A DNA stretch of 64,000 nt from Chloroflexia bacterium. Its GTDB lineage: Bacteria; Chloroflexota; Chloroflexia; DTKN01. Under the pieces are notes generated by a model. The model saw nothing but the letters and a program-made list of their open reading frames with translations, ran no database searches and was not told the DNA's origin. Shown here in pieces: positions 18,369 through 27,808 of this stretch. The stretch is taken from positions 5,652 to 69,651 of the forward strand of contig JBMFNL010000003.1 in assembly GCA_049970175.1 (NCBI GenBank), written 5' to 3'. The translations under genes were made by a program, and so were the position numbers. Each line of letters opens with the position of its first letter. Position 1 is the first letter of the stretch.

Positions 18369-19913
18369 ATAGCCTTCCAAGGTCAGGAGGAGTTGTTGGA
18401 CAAGTTCACGGGACGGCCCTGGGCCCCAGCGATCCCGCACCAGGCCGGCCAGGGTCAGGATGGCGGCCCGCCAGACCTCGGTGGGGGCCTCGGCGGGGAT
18501 GGAGAGGCCCTCCAGGCATTCGCGGAGCGTCTGTCCGCCCTCCGGTCCCAGGATATCGGCCGCCACCTCGGCCATCTCCTGCACCCGGTCGGTATAGCGG
18601 CGGCGCAACACAACCAAGGTGATGTCGTCATCCTGGGGTTGCGGGCCGGTGAAGGCGCGCACGGCCCGGACGATCTGGCGGGTCAGGGAACGCGGCCGGC
18701 GGGAAGTGCTTTCGTTGAGCAGGCGGTAGAGGCGCTCAAAGCCGAAGAGTTCGCCCCGCTCGTTGGTCGCTTCGACGATGCCGTCGGTGTACAGGATGAG
18801 CACATCGCCGGGTTCCAGCCGGGCCGTGGCCTCGTTGAAGGTGCAATCGCGGTCGATTCCCAGCGGCAACCCGTCCAGTTCCACTTCGCGGGCCACCGCG
18901 TTGAGGATCAGGGGGTAGTTGTGGCCGGCGTTGGCCAGGTGGAACGTCCCATCGGTGATGTCCAGGAGGGCGTAGAGGAGGGTGACGCACCCCTGGGGAA
19001 TCTGCTCGATCAGGGCCTGGTTGATTCGGGCGAGCGTCTGGCCGGGGGAAGCGTGGTTGCGGGCCTCGATGCGGAAGAGGGTGCGGGCGACGGCCATGTG
19101 CAGAGCCGCGGGGATGCCTTTGCCGGAGACGTCCCCGATCATGATTCCCCAGTGGGTGGAATCGAGTTCGACAAAGTCGTAGAGGTCGCCGCCCAGTTCC
19201 CGCGCCGGCAGGAAGGCCGTGCTGGCTTCCCAACCGGGCAGTCGGGGACTGCTGGCGAGGAGGAGGCTCACCTGGATGTCGCGGGCCACACGCAGGTCCT
19301 GGTGGAGGAGGTCGTCGTTGGTGGCGGTGGCCGGGGCCATTTCTGGCCGGGGAGCCGGCTGGTCCTCCTGGGCGGCAGGAATGGCCCGGCCGGCCTCTTT
19401 TCGGACGGCGGCGAGCACCCGGACCAGCACAAAGACGCCGACAAAGGCCATCAGGTACAGGAAGAGGGCCAGCAGGTCACGGCCGGAAACCCGCCTCGGA
19501 AGGAGGCGGGCCAGCCAGAGCCCCACATACAGAAGGCCCGTACCCCCCAGCAGGCCCGGCCCGGCCGCCCCGGGCACCTGGAGCGCGGTCCAGACCAGCG
19601 GCCACAGGAGAAGCAGAACAAGCGGATCCCGGGGTTGGGTCAGCAGGACGCTGCCGAGCGTGATTCCCAGGGCCTCCCCGGCCGTCAGGACCAGCCAGCG
19701 CCAGGGTTCTTTCTTCCAGGTCACAAAGGCGATCAGGCCGATCGCCGCCGGTCCCAAGCCCAGTGTCCATTCCAGCCAGGGCAGGCCGGCCGGTCCGGGC
19801 AAGTTGCCACGGCCGAAGAGGCCAACCGCAATCAGCAGGAAGGCCCACCATTCCAGGAAGAGGACCTGTCCTACCCACGGTCGTCTGGCCAGTTCGCTCA
19901 GCCGGCCGATCAT
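18363..19913 (-). CDS. Membrane-bound PP2C/SpoIIE-family (RsbU-like) phosphatase
   Basis: Multi-TM N-terminus. Motifs ARDIQ..LL, GGDLYDF, IGDVSGKG, NAGHN, LYTDGIVE, DDITLVVL. Confidence 0.9.
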   Translation of the reverse strand: MIGRLSELARRPWVGQVLFLEWWAFLLIAVGLFGRGNLPGPAGLPWLEWTLGLGPAAIGLIAFVTWKKEPWRWLVLTAGEALGITLGSVLLTQPRDPLVLLLLWPLVWTALQVPGAAGPGLLGGTGLLYVGLWLARLLPRRVSGRDLLALFLYLMAFVGVFVLVRVLAAVRKEAGRAIPAAQEDQPAPRPEMAPATATNDDLLHQDLRVARDIQVSLLLASSPRLPGWEASTAFLPARELGGDLYDFVELDSTHWGIMIGDVSGKGIPAALHMAVARTLFRIEARNHASPGQTLARINQALIEQIPQGCVTLLYALLDITDGTFHLANAGHNYPLILNAVAREVELDGLPLGIDRDCTFNEATARLEPGDVLILYTDGIVEATNERGELFGFERLYRLLNESTSRRPRSLTRQIVRAVRAFTGPQPQDDDITLVVLRRRYTDRVQEMAEVAADILGPEGGQTLRECLEGLSIPAEAPTEVWRAAILTLAGLVRDRWGPGPSRELVQQLLLTLEGYT

Positions 19914-19920
19914 GGTCGCT

Positions 19921-21444
19921 TCACCCCCAGGGCCTCTCCGGCAGCGCCGGAGCCGGGCCTTCCAGTACCTCCAGATGCTTTCGGCAGGCCTGCCGGAGCA
20001 GGTGCACCGGCACGCCGTCAATGAGGTCCTCTTCCGGCCGGCCCAGGAGGGTACGCCAGGTCCGGCGAAAGGCCTGGGCCGCCCGACGACGGTCGGACAG
20101 GGCCAGGAAGAGGTCGCCCAGGTAATAGTGGGCGGTCGGCGAGGAAGGGTTCAGGTAAGCCGCCCGTTCCAGATCGGCGACGGCCTGCTCCAGCCGGCCT
20201 TGTTGGCGGTGGATCAGGCCGCGCAACAGGTAGGCTTCCTCGGCCAGGTCATCCAGTTCCAGAGCCCGCTCGCAGGCCCGTAGGGCCTCGGTGTAACGTC
20301 CCTGGTTGGCATAGACCTGGGCCAGGCCGCAGAAGGCTTCCACCAGGTTCGGTTCCTCGCGCAGGGCGGCGCGGAAGGCCTCTACGGCCTCTTCGTACAT
20401 CCCATCGCGCAGGCAGGAGAGGCCGTGCTGGTAGTGCGCCCGGGCCGGCTCCTCGTCGGCCGCCGCCTGCCGCCGTTCGTCCCCGGTTCGGCGAATCGGC
20501 TGGGGATGGGTGGGGGCCGTTCCCAGGAAGAGCGGCCGCTCCACCGAACTTCCGCCGGGGACGGAACGCGGTCGGGGCAGGGGGACTTCCGGGCGCGTCG
20601 GCCGGGCCGCTTTTCCCTTGCGGTAGAAAAAGACCCCGCCCCGCTGCACCCGCTCAAAGGCATCGAAGACCTGCCAGAGGGTCTCGGAAAAGCCGATGAA
20701 GAGGTAGCCTCCCTCCTTCAGGCAGCGGTAGAGGTTGGCCATCAGGCGGCGCGAGGTCTCGATGCGGAAGTAGATGGTCACGTTGCGGCAAAAGATCACG
20801 TCCACCCCGTGCACGAAGGGTGGAAGCGGCTCGGCGACCAAGTTGACCTCGTGGAAGCGGACCAGTTCCCGCAGTTCCGGTTTCACGGAGTACCATTCGC
20901 CCTGGCGCTCAAAGTAGCGCGACAGGTAGGCCGGCTCGACCCGCTGGACCTGCCGTTCGGTGAAACGGCCCTGGCGGGCATACTCCAGGGCCTGCCGGCT
21001 CAGGTCCGTGGCCAGGATTTCCACCGGTCGGCGGGGTGGGCACCCCAGCGTTTCGGCCACGGTGATGGCGAGGGAGTAGGCTTCCTGGCCGGTGGAACAG
21101 CCGGCGCTCCAGAGCCGTAAGGGAAGGCCGGCCGGCCGGAGGCGCTCCAGTTCGGGCAGGACGACCTCGGCCAGCAGACGGAAGTGGCGCGGGTTGCGGA
21201 AGAACGAGGTTTCCCGGTTGACCACTTCCTCCAGGAGGGCGCTCATTTCCTCCTTGCCGGCCGGCGAATCGAGCAGGGCCCGGTAGTCCTCCCAGGTACG
21301 CAGGCCGTGGTGGCTCAGCCGGCCGGCGACGGTGCGGGAGAAGGAGCGGCGGCGCGAGTCGTCCAGGTAAATCCCGCTGCAGGCCTGGATACGCTCGCGC
21401 AATTCGGTGAAGGCGGCTTCATCCAATTCCCACACCGGCGACAT
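19921..21444 (-). CDS. cheR: CheR methyltransferase with C-terminal TPRs (WspC-like)
   Basis: NRETSFFRN, LWSAGCSTGQEAYS, ATDLS, DVIFCRNVTIYF, GGYLFIG, then TPRs. Confidence 0.92.
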   Translation of the reverse strand: MSPVWELDEAAFTELRERIQACSGIYLDDSRRRSFSRTVAGRLSHHGLRTWEDYRALLDSPAGKEEMSALLEEVVNRETSFFRNPRHFRLLAEVVLPELERLRPAGLPLRLWSAGCSTGQEAYSLAITVAETLGCPPRRPVEILATDLSRQALEYARQGRFTERQVQRVEPAYLSRYFERQGEWYSVKPELRELVRFHEVNLVAEPLPPFVHGVDVIFCRNVTIYFRIETSRRLMANLYRCLKEGGYLFIGFSETLWQVFDAFERVQRGGVFFYRKGKAARPTRPEVPLPRPRSVPGGSSVERPLFLGTAPTHPQPIRRTGDERRQAAADEEPARAHYQHGLSCLRDGMYEEAVEAFRAALREEPNLVEAFCGLAQVYANQGRYTEALRACERALELDDLAEEAYLLRGLIHRQQGRLEQAVADLERAAYLNPSSPTAHYYLGDLFLALSDRRRAAQAFRRTWRTLLGRPEEDLIDGVPVHLLRQACRKHLEVLEGPAPALPERPWG

Positions 21445-21446
21445 CC

Positions 21447-22559
21447 TCACGTGTCCTGGGCCGGTCGGTCCGTCACGGCCCGCAAGAGGGCCGGCGCGAT
21501 GTCTTCCAGCGGGAGCACCTGCTGGGGCGCTCCCAGTTCGATGGCTGCCCGGGGCATGCCAAAGATCGTGGAGGTGGCCTGGTCCTGGGCGATGGTTACC
21601 CCGCCGGCCCGGCGGATGGCCAGCAGGCCCTCGGCCCCATCGCTGCCCATGCCGGTCAGGAGGACGCCGACGGCCCGCCGGCCGAAATGCTGGGCGGCGG
21701 CCTGCATCGTTACATCCACGGAGGGGATGAGGGGCGTCCGGGGCGTCTCCGCCAGATAGAGCCGGCGGCGGTCGGGCAGGAGGTGGAGGCCCTCCGGGGC
21801 GATGTAGACCCGGCCGGGAGTCAGCCCGTCGTCCTGGTGGGCCAGCGCGACCCGAAGGCGCGTCTCTCCGGCCAGCCATTCGGCCAGCCCCCGGGTGAAA
21901 CCGGAGGCGATGTGCTGGACCACCAGGATGGGGGCAGGGAAATCGGCCGGCAACCGGGAGAGGATGCGCTGGAGGGCCCGGGGGCCGCCGGTAGAGGCCC
22001 CGATCACCACGAGGCGCGAGGGGGCCTCGGCCGGAGCCGGGCTGGTCTCCGTCGGGAGGGGAGGTAGGGGCAGCGCCCGGACGGCCCGTCGGCGTCCGCG
22101 CAGATGGGTGATCACCCGCACGCGAGAAAGGAGGCGGACGCGCTCGATGAGGGCCTGGGCCCGGGTGCGCAGGGCGGCGGGGTCATCGCCGGCCGGCTTC
22201 TCCAGGATGTCGAGCGCCCCCGCTTCCAGCATGCGGAAGGAAAAGTCCACATCCTGTTTGGATAGGGAGGCGGTAACGATGAGGATCGGTGTGGGATGGT
22301 AGGCCATGATCTGGCAGGTGGCCTCGTAGCCGTCCATCTCCGGCATCCGCACGTCCATGGTGATGACATCCGGGCGCAGCCGGGCGGTCATCTGCACCGC
22401 CTCCCAACCGTTGCGGGCCAGGCCGACCACCTCGATTCCCGGGTCGCCCTCCAGGATGGAGCGAATGACCGCCCGGGCGACCGGCGAATCGTCCACGACC
22501 AGGACCCGCAGTTTCCGCTCGTTTTCGGCCTCCCGTGCGCGTTCGTCTTCCCGATCCAT
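21447..22559 (-). CDS. cheB: Chemotaxis methylesterase (REC-CheB)
   Basis: VLVVDDS, DVITMD, GASTGGP, VQHI, PSVD, TGMGSDGA, FGMP. Confidence 0.95.
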   Translation of the reverse strand: MDREDERAREAENERKLRVLVVDDSPVARAVIRSILEGDPGIEVVGLARNGWEAVQMTARLRPDVITMDVRMPEMDGYEATCQIMAYHPTPILIVTASLSKQDVDFSFRMLEAGALDILEKPAGDDPAALRTRAQALIERVRLLSRVRVITHLRGRRRAVRALPLPPLPTETSPAPAEAPSRLVVIGASTGGPRALQRILSRLPADFPAPILVVQHIASGFTRGLAEWLAGETRLRVALAHQDDGLTPGRVYIAPEGLHLLPDRRRLYLAETPRTPLIPSVDVTMQAAAQHFGRRAVGVLLTGMGSDGAEGLLAIRRAGGVTIAQDQATSTIFGMPRAAIELGAPQQVLPLEDIAPALLRAVTDRPAQDT

Positions 22560-22560
22560 G

Positions 22561-22941
22561 CTATCCTTCGATCCCCCGCAGGCGCAGGAGGAAACCGATT
22601 CGTTCGCCCAGTTCCAGCAGGTCAAAGTCCTTGTTCAGGTAATCGTCCATCCCCACCTCGAAGCCGACGCTCGTATCGTCCATCGAGGTCAGCGCGATGA
22701 TGGGGAGGTCGCGGATGGCCGGATTTTCGTCTCGACGCAACCGCCGGCAGACCTCGTAGCCGTCAATGCCGGGCAGCCGGATGTCGAGGACCAGGAGGTG
22801 GGGAGGATCGGCCCGGATTCGTTCCAGGGCTTCCTCTCCGCTGGAAGCCACACTGACCTGATAGCCCAACGCCTCCAGACGCAATTTGACGATGTCGGTG
22901 ACCAGACGGCTATCGTCCACGACCAGGATACGGACGGCCAA
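22561..22941 (-). CDS. Single-domain response regulator (REC)
   Basis: ILVVDD, LVLDIRLPGIDG, IIALT, DDYLNK. TTG start after AAGGAGG. Confidence 0.9.
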   Translation of the reverse strand: MAVRILVVDDSRLVTDIVKLRLEALGYQVSVASSGEEALERIRADPPHLLVLDIRLPGIDGYEVCRRLRRDENPAIRDLPIIALTSMDDTSVGFEVGMDDYLNKDFDLLELGERIGFLLRLRGIEG

Positions 22942-22952
22942 CGTGCACCTCC

Positions 22953-25142
22953 TTACCCCACCAGGTGAGCCACCGTCTCCAGGAGATTGCCCTGGTCGAA
23001 GCGGCTCTTGGTGATATAGGCCTGGGCTCCGAGTTGCATCCCCTGACGGCGCCGCTCCTCATCGGCGTAGGCCGTGATGATGACGATCGGCAGGTTGGCC
23101 CAGCGCGGGTTCTGGCGGATGCGGGCGGTGAGTTGCAGGCCGTCCAGGCGTGGCATCTCGATATCGGTGATGACCAGGTGATAGGTACCGCGTTCCAGTT
23201 TTTGGAGCGCGTCCAGCCCGTCCTGGGCCGTCTCCACCCGGTAGCCGGCCGCTTCCAGGATGCTGCGCTCCAGTTCTCGGGTGATCAGGGTGTCTTCGAC
23301 CAGCAGGATGCGAGGGGGGTCCCGGGGAGGTGGAGGGGCCTCCCGGGGGTGCTCCGGGGGAATGGGGGCCGTCGGGCGGGCGCTGAGGAGGCCGCTCAGG
23401 TCTAGGATGGGAATCACCTGACCGGCCTCGGAAATCGTTGCCGCGGAGAAGTAGGGGCTGCGGCTCAGGATTTCGCCCAGGGGCTGAACGATGGCTTCCA
23501 TCTCATCGAGGAGACGGTCCACGGTCAGCGCCACCTGGTGACCATCGCTGCCGGCGATCACGGCCACCGTCCCTTTCTGTCCCGAAGCACCGGCGGCCAG
23601 GCCCAGGACCTGGGCCAGGGTCAGGAGCGAAAGCGGACGTTCCTGCCAGTACAGCACCGGGTGTCCCTCCACATGGACGATTTCCTGAGGTCGCAGGCGG
23701 ACCAGGCCGCGGACGACGCCGGACGGGATCGCCAGCGTTTCCCCGGCCGCCTCGACCAGCAGCACCGGTATGGTGGCCAGCGTCAGGGGTACGTCCAGGA
23801 TAAAGGCGGTGCCCCGGCCCGGGGAGGTCTCCACCTGCACCAGTCCGTTCAGCCGCCGCATGGTGGCCTGCACCACGTCCAGGCCCACGCCCCGGCCGGC
23901 CATCTCGTCGGCCTGACGGCGGGTGGAAAAGGCCGGCCGGAAGAGCAACTCCAGGAGCGTCCTTTCGTCGGCCTGCTCGGCCTCCCTTTCTTCCAGCAGG
24001 CCCCGTTCCACGGCGATGCGGCGCACCTTCTCCAGGTCAATGCCCCGTCCGTCGTCCTGGACACGGATGTGTACCCGCCGTCCCAGGGTCTGGGCCTCCA
24101 GAAGGAGGCGACCCCGGGGCGGCTTGCCCAGCCGGAGGCGTTCCTCCGGCGGTTCGATGCCGTGGGACAGGGCGTTGCGCACCAGGTGCACCAGCGGTTC
24201 CCGCAAGAGGTCCAGGACCCGGCGGTCCAGTTCCACTTCGGCCCCCTGCACTTCCAGGGCAACCTCCACCCCGCATTCGCCGGCCAATCGGCGTACGACA
24301 CCCGGAAAGACTTCAAAGAGGGAGCCGATGGGCACCATCCGGATGGCTAGGACCTGTTGCTGCAGTTCGGCCAGATTCAGGGCAGAGCGTTCCAGCCAGG
24401 CCGTGTACTGCCGGCCGAAAGCGCTTCCTCGGGAGTTCTGTTCTTCCAGGCAGGATTCCAGCCGCTCCAGACGACGGGTCAATTCCTCGATCTGGCGGGG
24501 CCGCAGGCGCTCGTGGAAGGTTTTCAGCGTTTCCTTCAGGCTGCGCAGGGCTTGTTTCGTTTCCTCCTGGGCCCACAGGAGTTCCTCCAGGAGGGCCTGT
24601 TGCCGGCGGGCCTGCTCCTGAAGGAGCCGGGTTTCCCCCACCAGGCGGGAGAGGTGGTCCACCTGCTCCATATCCACCCGCATCGTCTCCCGGGGCGGGC
24701 CGGCCGAGGGGGCGGAGAGGGTGACGACCGGGGCGGCTTCCGGATGGGTTTCCCGCGGGCCCAGCAATCGCTCCAGTTCGGCCAGCAGGCCGGCCAGGTC
24801 CACCGCCTCGCCCCGTCCCTCGAGGCGGGCCGTGGTCAGGGCGCGGATGCCGTGGCTGGCCCGGAGCAGGGCGTTGCCGACCTCGGGGGTTAGAGCCAGG
24901 CTTCCCTTGCGTATGGCGCCCAGCACTTCTTCCATCTGATGGGCCAGGCGGTTGATTTCGGCAAAGCCCATGATCTTGGCCGAACCTTTGGTGGTGTGGA
25001 CGGCCCGCAACATCCGATCGATCAGGGCCGTATCGCCGGGGTTGGCCTCCAGGGCGGTCAATCCCTGCTCCAGGAGGTTCAGGTTTTCCCAGGTTTCGTC
25101 GCGGAATTGCCCGTAGAAGGCAGTCAGGTCAATATCGGTCAT
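22953..25142 (-). CDS. cheA: CheA-like hybrid kinase (HPT-HATPase-CheW-REC; WspE-like)
   Basis: RAVHTTKGSA, HLVRNALSHGIE, DDGRGID, GRGVGLDVV, CheW domain, C-terminal REC (ITDIEMP). Confidence 0.95.
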   Translation of the reverse strand: MTDIDLTAFYGQFRDETWENLNLLEQGLTALEANPGDTALIDRMLRAVHTTKGSAKIMGFAEINRLAHQMEEVLGAIRKGSLALTPEVGNALLRASHGIRALTTARLEGRGEAVDLAGLLAELERLLGPRETHPEAAPVVTLSAPSAGPPRETMRVDMEQVDHLSRLVGETRLLQEQARRQQALLEELLWAQEETKQALRSLKETLKTFHERLRPRQIEELTRRLERLESCLEEQNSRGSAFGRQYTAWLERSALNLAELQQQVLAIRMVPIGSLFEVFPGVVRRLAGECGVEVALEVQGAEVELDRRVLDLLREPLVHLVRNALSHGIEPPEERLRLGKPPRGRLLLEAQTLGRRVHIRVQDDGRGIDLEKVRRIAVERGLLEEREAEQADERTLLELLFRPAFSTRRQADEMAGRGVGLDVVQATMRRLNGLVQVETSPGRGTAFILDVPLTLATIPVLLVEAAGETLAIPSGVVRGLVRLRPQEIVHVEGHPVLYWQERPLSLLTLAQVLGLAAGASGQKGTVAVIAGSDGHQVALTVDRLLDEMEAIVQPLGEILSRSPYFSAATISEAGQVIPILDLSGLLSARPTAPIPPEHPREAPPPPRDPPRILLVEDTLITRELERSILEAAGYRVETAQDGLDALQKLERGTYHLVITDIEMPRLDGLQLTARIRQNPRWANLPIVIITAYADEERRRQGMQLGAQAYITKSRFDQGNLLETVAHLVG

Positions 25143-26671
25143 CCGAGTTCCATCCGGCCGGCGGATTGCAACTGCTCGGCGATTTCGGAAAGGGTGGCAG
25201 CGGCCTCGGCCAGTTGCCGGCTGCCCTCGGCCGTCTGGTTGGCCACTTCGGCAATTTCGCGCATCGTCTCCACGATCTGTTCGCTGGCGGTGCGCTGCTG
25301 GGTGGTGGCCAGGGAGATTTCCTGGGCCGCCTCGGCGGTGCGCTGGGCCAGGAGGACGATTTCCTCCATGGCCCGGCCGGCCTGGTAGACCTGGTTCACC
25401 CCGCGCTCCGTCTGCTTCAGGCCCTCTTCGGCGGCCATGACCGAGGCGTTGGTGGCCCGTTGAATCTCGGCGATGATGCCGCGCACTTCCTTGGCCGATT
25501 CCATGGCCCGGTTCGCCAGGCTTTTGATCTCGGCGGCGACCACGGCAAAGCGCCGGCCGTGTTCGCCGGCCCCGGCCGACTCGATGGCCGCGTTCAGGGC
25601 CAGGAGGTGGGTCTCGTCGGCGATGTCGTTGATGATCTCGATGATCTCGCCGATGCGCTGGGAATGCTCCCCCAGCGCCAGCACCTTGTCGGCCATTTCC
25701 TGCACCCGACTCTTGATCCCTTCCATCGCCGCCACCGTCTCGTCCACGGCGCTCTGCCCTCGTCCCACCGCCGCCAGGGTTTGTTCGGCCACTTGGGAGA
25801 CGTTCTCCGCGCTCTGGGCGATCTGGCGGGCGGTGTAGCCCATTTCCTCGATGGTGGAGGTCACCTCGCTGATGGCCGAGGCCTGTTGGGCGGCGCCGCT
25901 GGCCTGCTGGCGAGAAGTGGCCGAAAGTTCGGTCGCCGAGATGCCGATCTGGGTGGCCAGGTTGACCTGCTGGATGCCCTTTTCCATCAGGCGCTCGTTG
26001 GTGCGCAGAATCTCCTGGGCCCGTTGCTCCGATTCATGCACGGCCTCCAGGAGGGAGAGGGCATTCCGGCGGGTGACGTAGGCGACGTAGAAGAAGGAGA
26101 CGACCAGGCCCGTTCCGTACTGGAGCAGAAAGGTGTTCAGAGGGATGGCGTGTCCCGCGGAGGAAGGGTCGGTGCCTCCCGGCGATTGCGGAAGGGCCAG
26201 GGCGATGAAGAGCAGGGTGGCCAGGCCGGCGGTGAAGTAGACGGTGTTGCCGGGGAGGGTGGTCCCGCTGACCACAATCGGCCAGAGGAAAAGGACGGCC
26301 GAGAAAAAGGGCCACAGAGTCCCGCTGGCGAAGCCTTCATGGCCGGTCAGCAGGGTCACGACGATCAGCGTGGCCAGGACCAGGAGCCAGGCCCCTTCGA
26401 CCGGCCGACGGGCGTTGGCCAGCGGAATGACGGCCAGACAGACGGCGAGAAGCGCTCCCAGCCCGATCCAGGTCGGTGTGGTCATCGGGGACGCGGCCAG
26501 TTGGAACTGGTGGGCCAGGACATGGGCCAGGAGAATCACCAGCAGGCCCAGGAACTCGGCGACGGCCAGGCGGCGGACGGTGGTGCTGCGCCGCTCCAGT
26601 TCCTCCGACGAGAGCGCGGCCGGCGTGGTCAGGTAGGAGAAGATGCCCTGTTGCCGGTTTCCCTTGGTCAT
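25139..26671 (-). CDS. Methyl-accepting chemotaxis protein with multi-TM N-terminus
   Basis: IADETHLLALNAAIESAGAGEHGRRFAVVAAEIK hairpin tip, TIEEM methylation-type site, about six hydrophobic N-terminal segments. Confidence 0.93.
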   Translation of the reverse strand: MTKGNRQQGIFSYLTTPAALSSEELERRSTTVRRLAVAEFLGLLVILLAHVLAHQFQLAASPMTTPTWIGLGALLAVCLAVIPLANARRPVEGAWLLVLATLIVVTLLTGHEGFASGTLWPFFSAVLFLWPIVVSGTTLPGNTVYFTAGLATLLFIALALPQSPGGTDPSSAGHAIPLNTFLLQYGTGLVVSFFYVAYVTRRNALSLLEAVHESEQRAQEILRTNERLMEKGIQQVNLATQIGISATELSATSRQQASGAAQQASAISEVTSTIEEMGYTARQIAQSAENVSQVAEQTLAAVGRGQSAVDETVAAMEGIKSRVQEMADKVLALGEHSQRIGEIIEIINDIADETHLLALNAAIESAGAGEHGRRFAVVAAEIKSLANRAMESAKEVRGIIAEIQRATNASVMAAEEGLKQTERGVNQVYQAGRAMEEIVLLAQRTAEAAQEISLATTQQRTASEQIVETMREIAEVANQTAEGSRQLAEAAATLSEIAEQLQSAGRMELG

Positions 26672-26683
26672 GGCGGCCTCCTC

Positions 26684-27160
26684 TTAGCGGTCCTGGATCG
26701 GAGCCAGGGACAGCAGCATCGAGATTTCCTCCGGGGGAATAACCTGTCCCAGGTCGAGAAGGGGTAGCAGGATGTCTTCCTGCCAGACCAATCCCCAGAC
26801 AAGGGGACGGGGTTGCACCTCGCGCAATAGATCGGGCAGCAGCGTGATCTGCTTCCAGGGCAAGGTTACCGGGCCTTCGACGTCGTCAACGCGGAAGGAA
26901 AGCGGGGCGATGTCGGGGGGAAGTATGAGTAAAATGCCGCGTTTCCTCTCGCCGGGTGTTGCCAAGCCCAGGCGTATCTCCAGGTCCAGTACAGGGATGG
27001 CGGCCTCGCCCAGGGCCAGGAAGCCCAGTAGGTCGGGAGGGCCGTTCCGGGCCGGATAGAGCGTTTCTTTACGGCGCAGCGCTTCCACCTGTCCGGCCTC
27101 TACGGCGAACCGGTCGGAGCGAGTCTTGAGGAACAGGGCCGTGATCCCTTCTTCAGCCAT
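26684..27160 (-). CDS. cheW: CheW-like protein (divergent)
   Basis: GFLALGEAAIPVLDL, FRVDDV, LPLLDL. Lies between cheW and the MCP gene. Confidence 0.8.
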   Translation of the reverse strand: MAEEGITALFLKTRSDRFAVEAGQVEALRRKETLYPARNGPPDLLGFLALGEAAIPVLDLEIRLGLATPGERKRGILLILPPDIAPLSFRVDDVEGPVTLPWKQITLLPDLLREVQPRPLVWGLVWQEDILLPLLDLGQVIPPEEISMLLSLAPIQDR

Positions 27161-27659
27161 GGCGGACAGCCTCCAGCAGGCCGGCCGGATGAAGCAGGCG
27201 GGTAGTCTTTTCCTCCTGGCGGGCAATGGCCTGGAGGAAGGGGGCGGTTTCCTCGGCCTCGGCCGGTGGTGTTTGCCATGTGGATTCCGGCAGAGCGGCG
27301 ATGTCCTCGACCCGGTCCACCAGCATGGCCGCGGCGAGGCCTTCGTGCTGGACGATCAGCAGGCGGCTCTCGGCGGTCAAGGGACTTTTCGGCAGGCCGA
27401 GCAGTTGACGCAGGTCCAGGACCGGCAGGACCTCTCCCCGCAGGCCGGTAGCACCCAGGACGGCGGCCGGCAGGCCCGGTAGCGGGGTGATGTGGCCGAC
27501 CCGGCTGACCTCTCGCACGGTGTCCAGGGGAAAGGCGTAGCGTTCATCGGCCAGGTAGAAAACGAGCACGTTCCGCACCCTTTCCCGGCCTTCTTCCGGC
27601 CGTTCGGCTCGGCGGGCTATCTCTTCCTGGATTTCCCGAATTGTCCTGGAACTCGCCAT
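27153..27659 (-). CDS. cheW: CheW protein
   Basis: VFYLADERYAF..VREV, ITPLPG, GLRGEVLPVLDL, LVDRV. Confidence 0.92.
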   Translation of the reverse strand: MASSRTIREIQEEIARRAERPEEGRERVRNVLVFYLADERYAFPLDTVREVSRVGHITPLPGLPAAVLGATGLRGEVLPVLDLRQLLGLPKSPLTAESRLLIVQHEGLAAAMLVDRVEDIAALPESTWQTPPAEAEETAPFLQAIARQEEKTTRLLHPAGLLEAVRHG

Positions 27660-27734
27660 GCTCCACCTTGCCCGTGACGGGCCGGCAGGCATCCTGCCGG
27701 TTCACCTGCACATTGGCGTTATTTTTCAAAGTCT

Positions 27735-27763
27735 ATTGTACTATATCCGGCAAGGCCGTGCAA
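27735..27763 (-). promoter_or_regulatory. Promoter of the chemosensory operon
   Basis: TTGCAC-17 nt-TACAAT on the minus strand. Confidence 0.65.
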
Positions 27764-27779
27764 ACGCGCGCGGGCGGCC

Positions 27780-27808
27780 TTGACGGAATAGGCCAAAATG
27801 GGGATAAT
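27780..27808 (+). promoter_or_regulatory. Promoter upstream of the CocE hydrolase
   Basis: TTGACG-17 nt-GATAAT. Confidence 0.6.
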
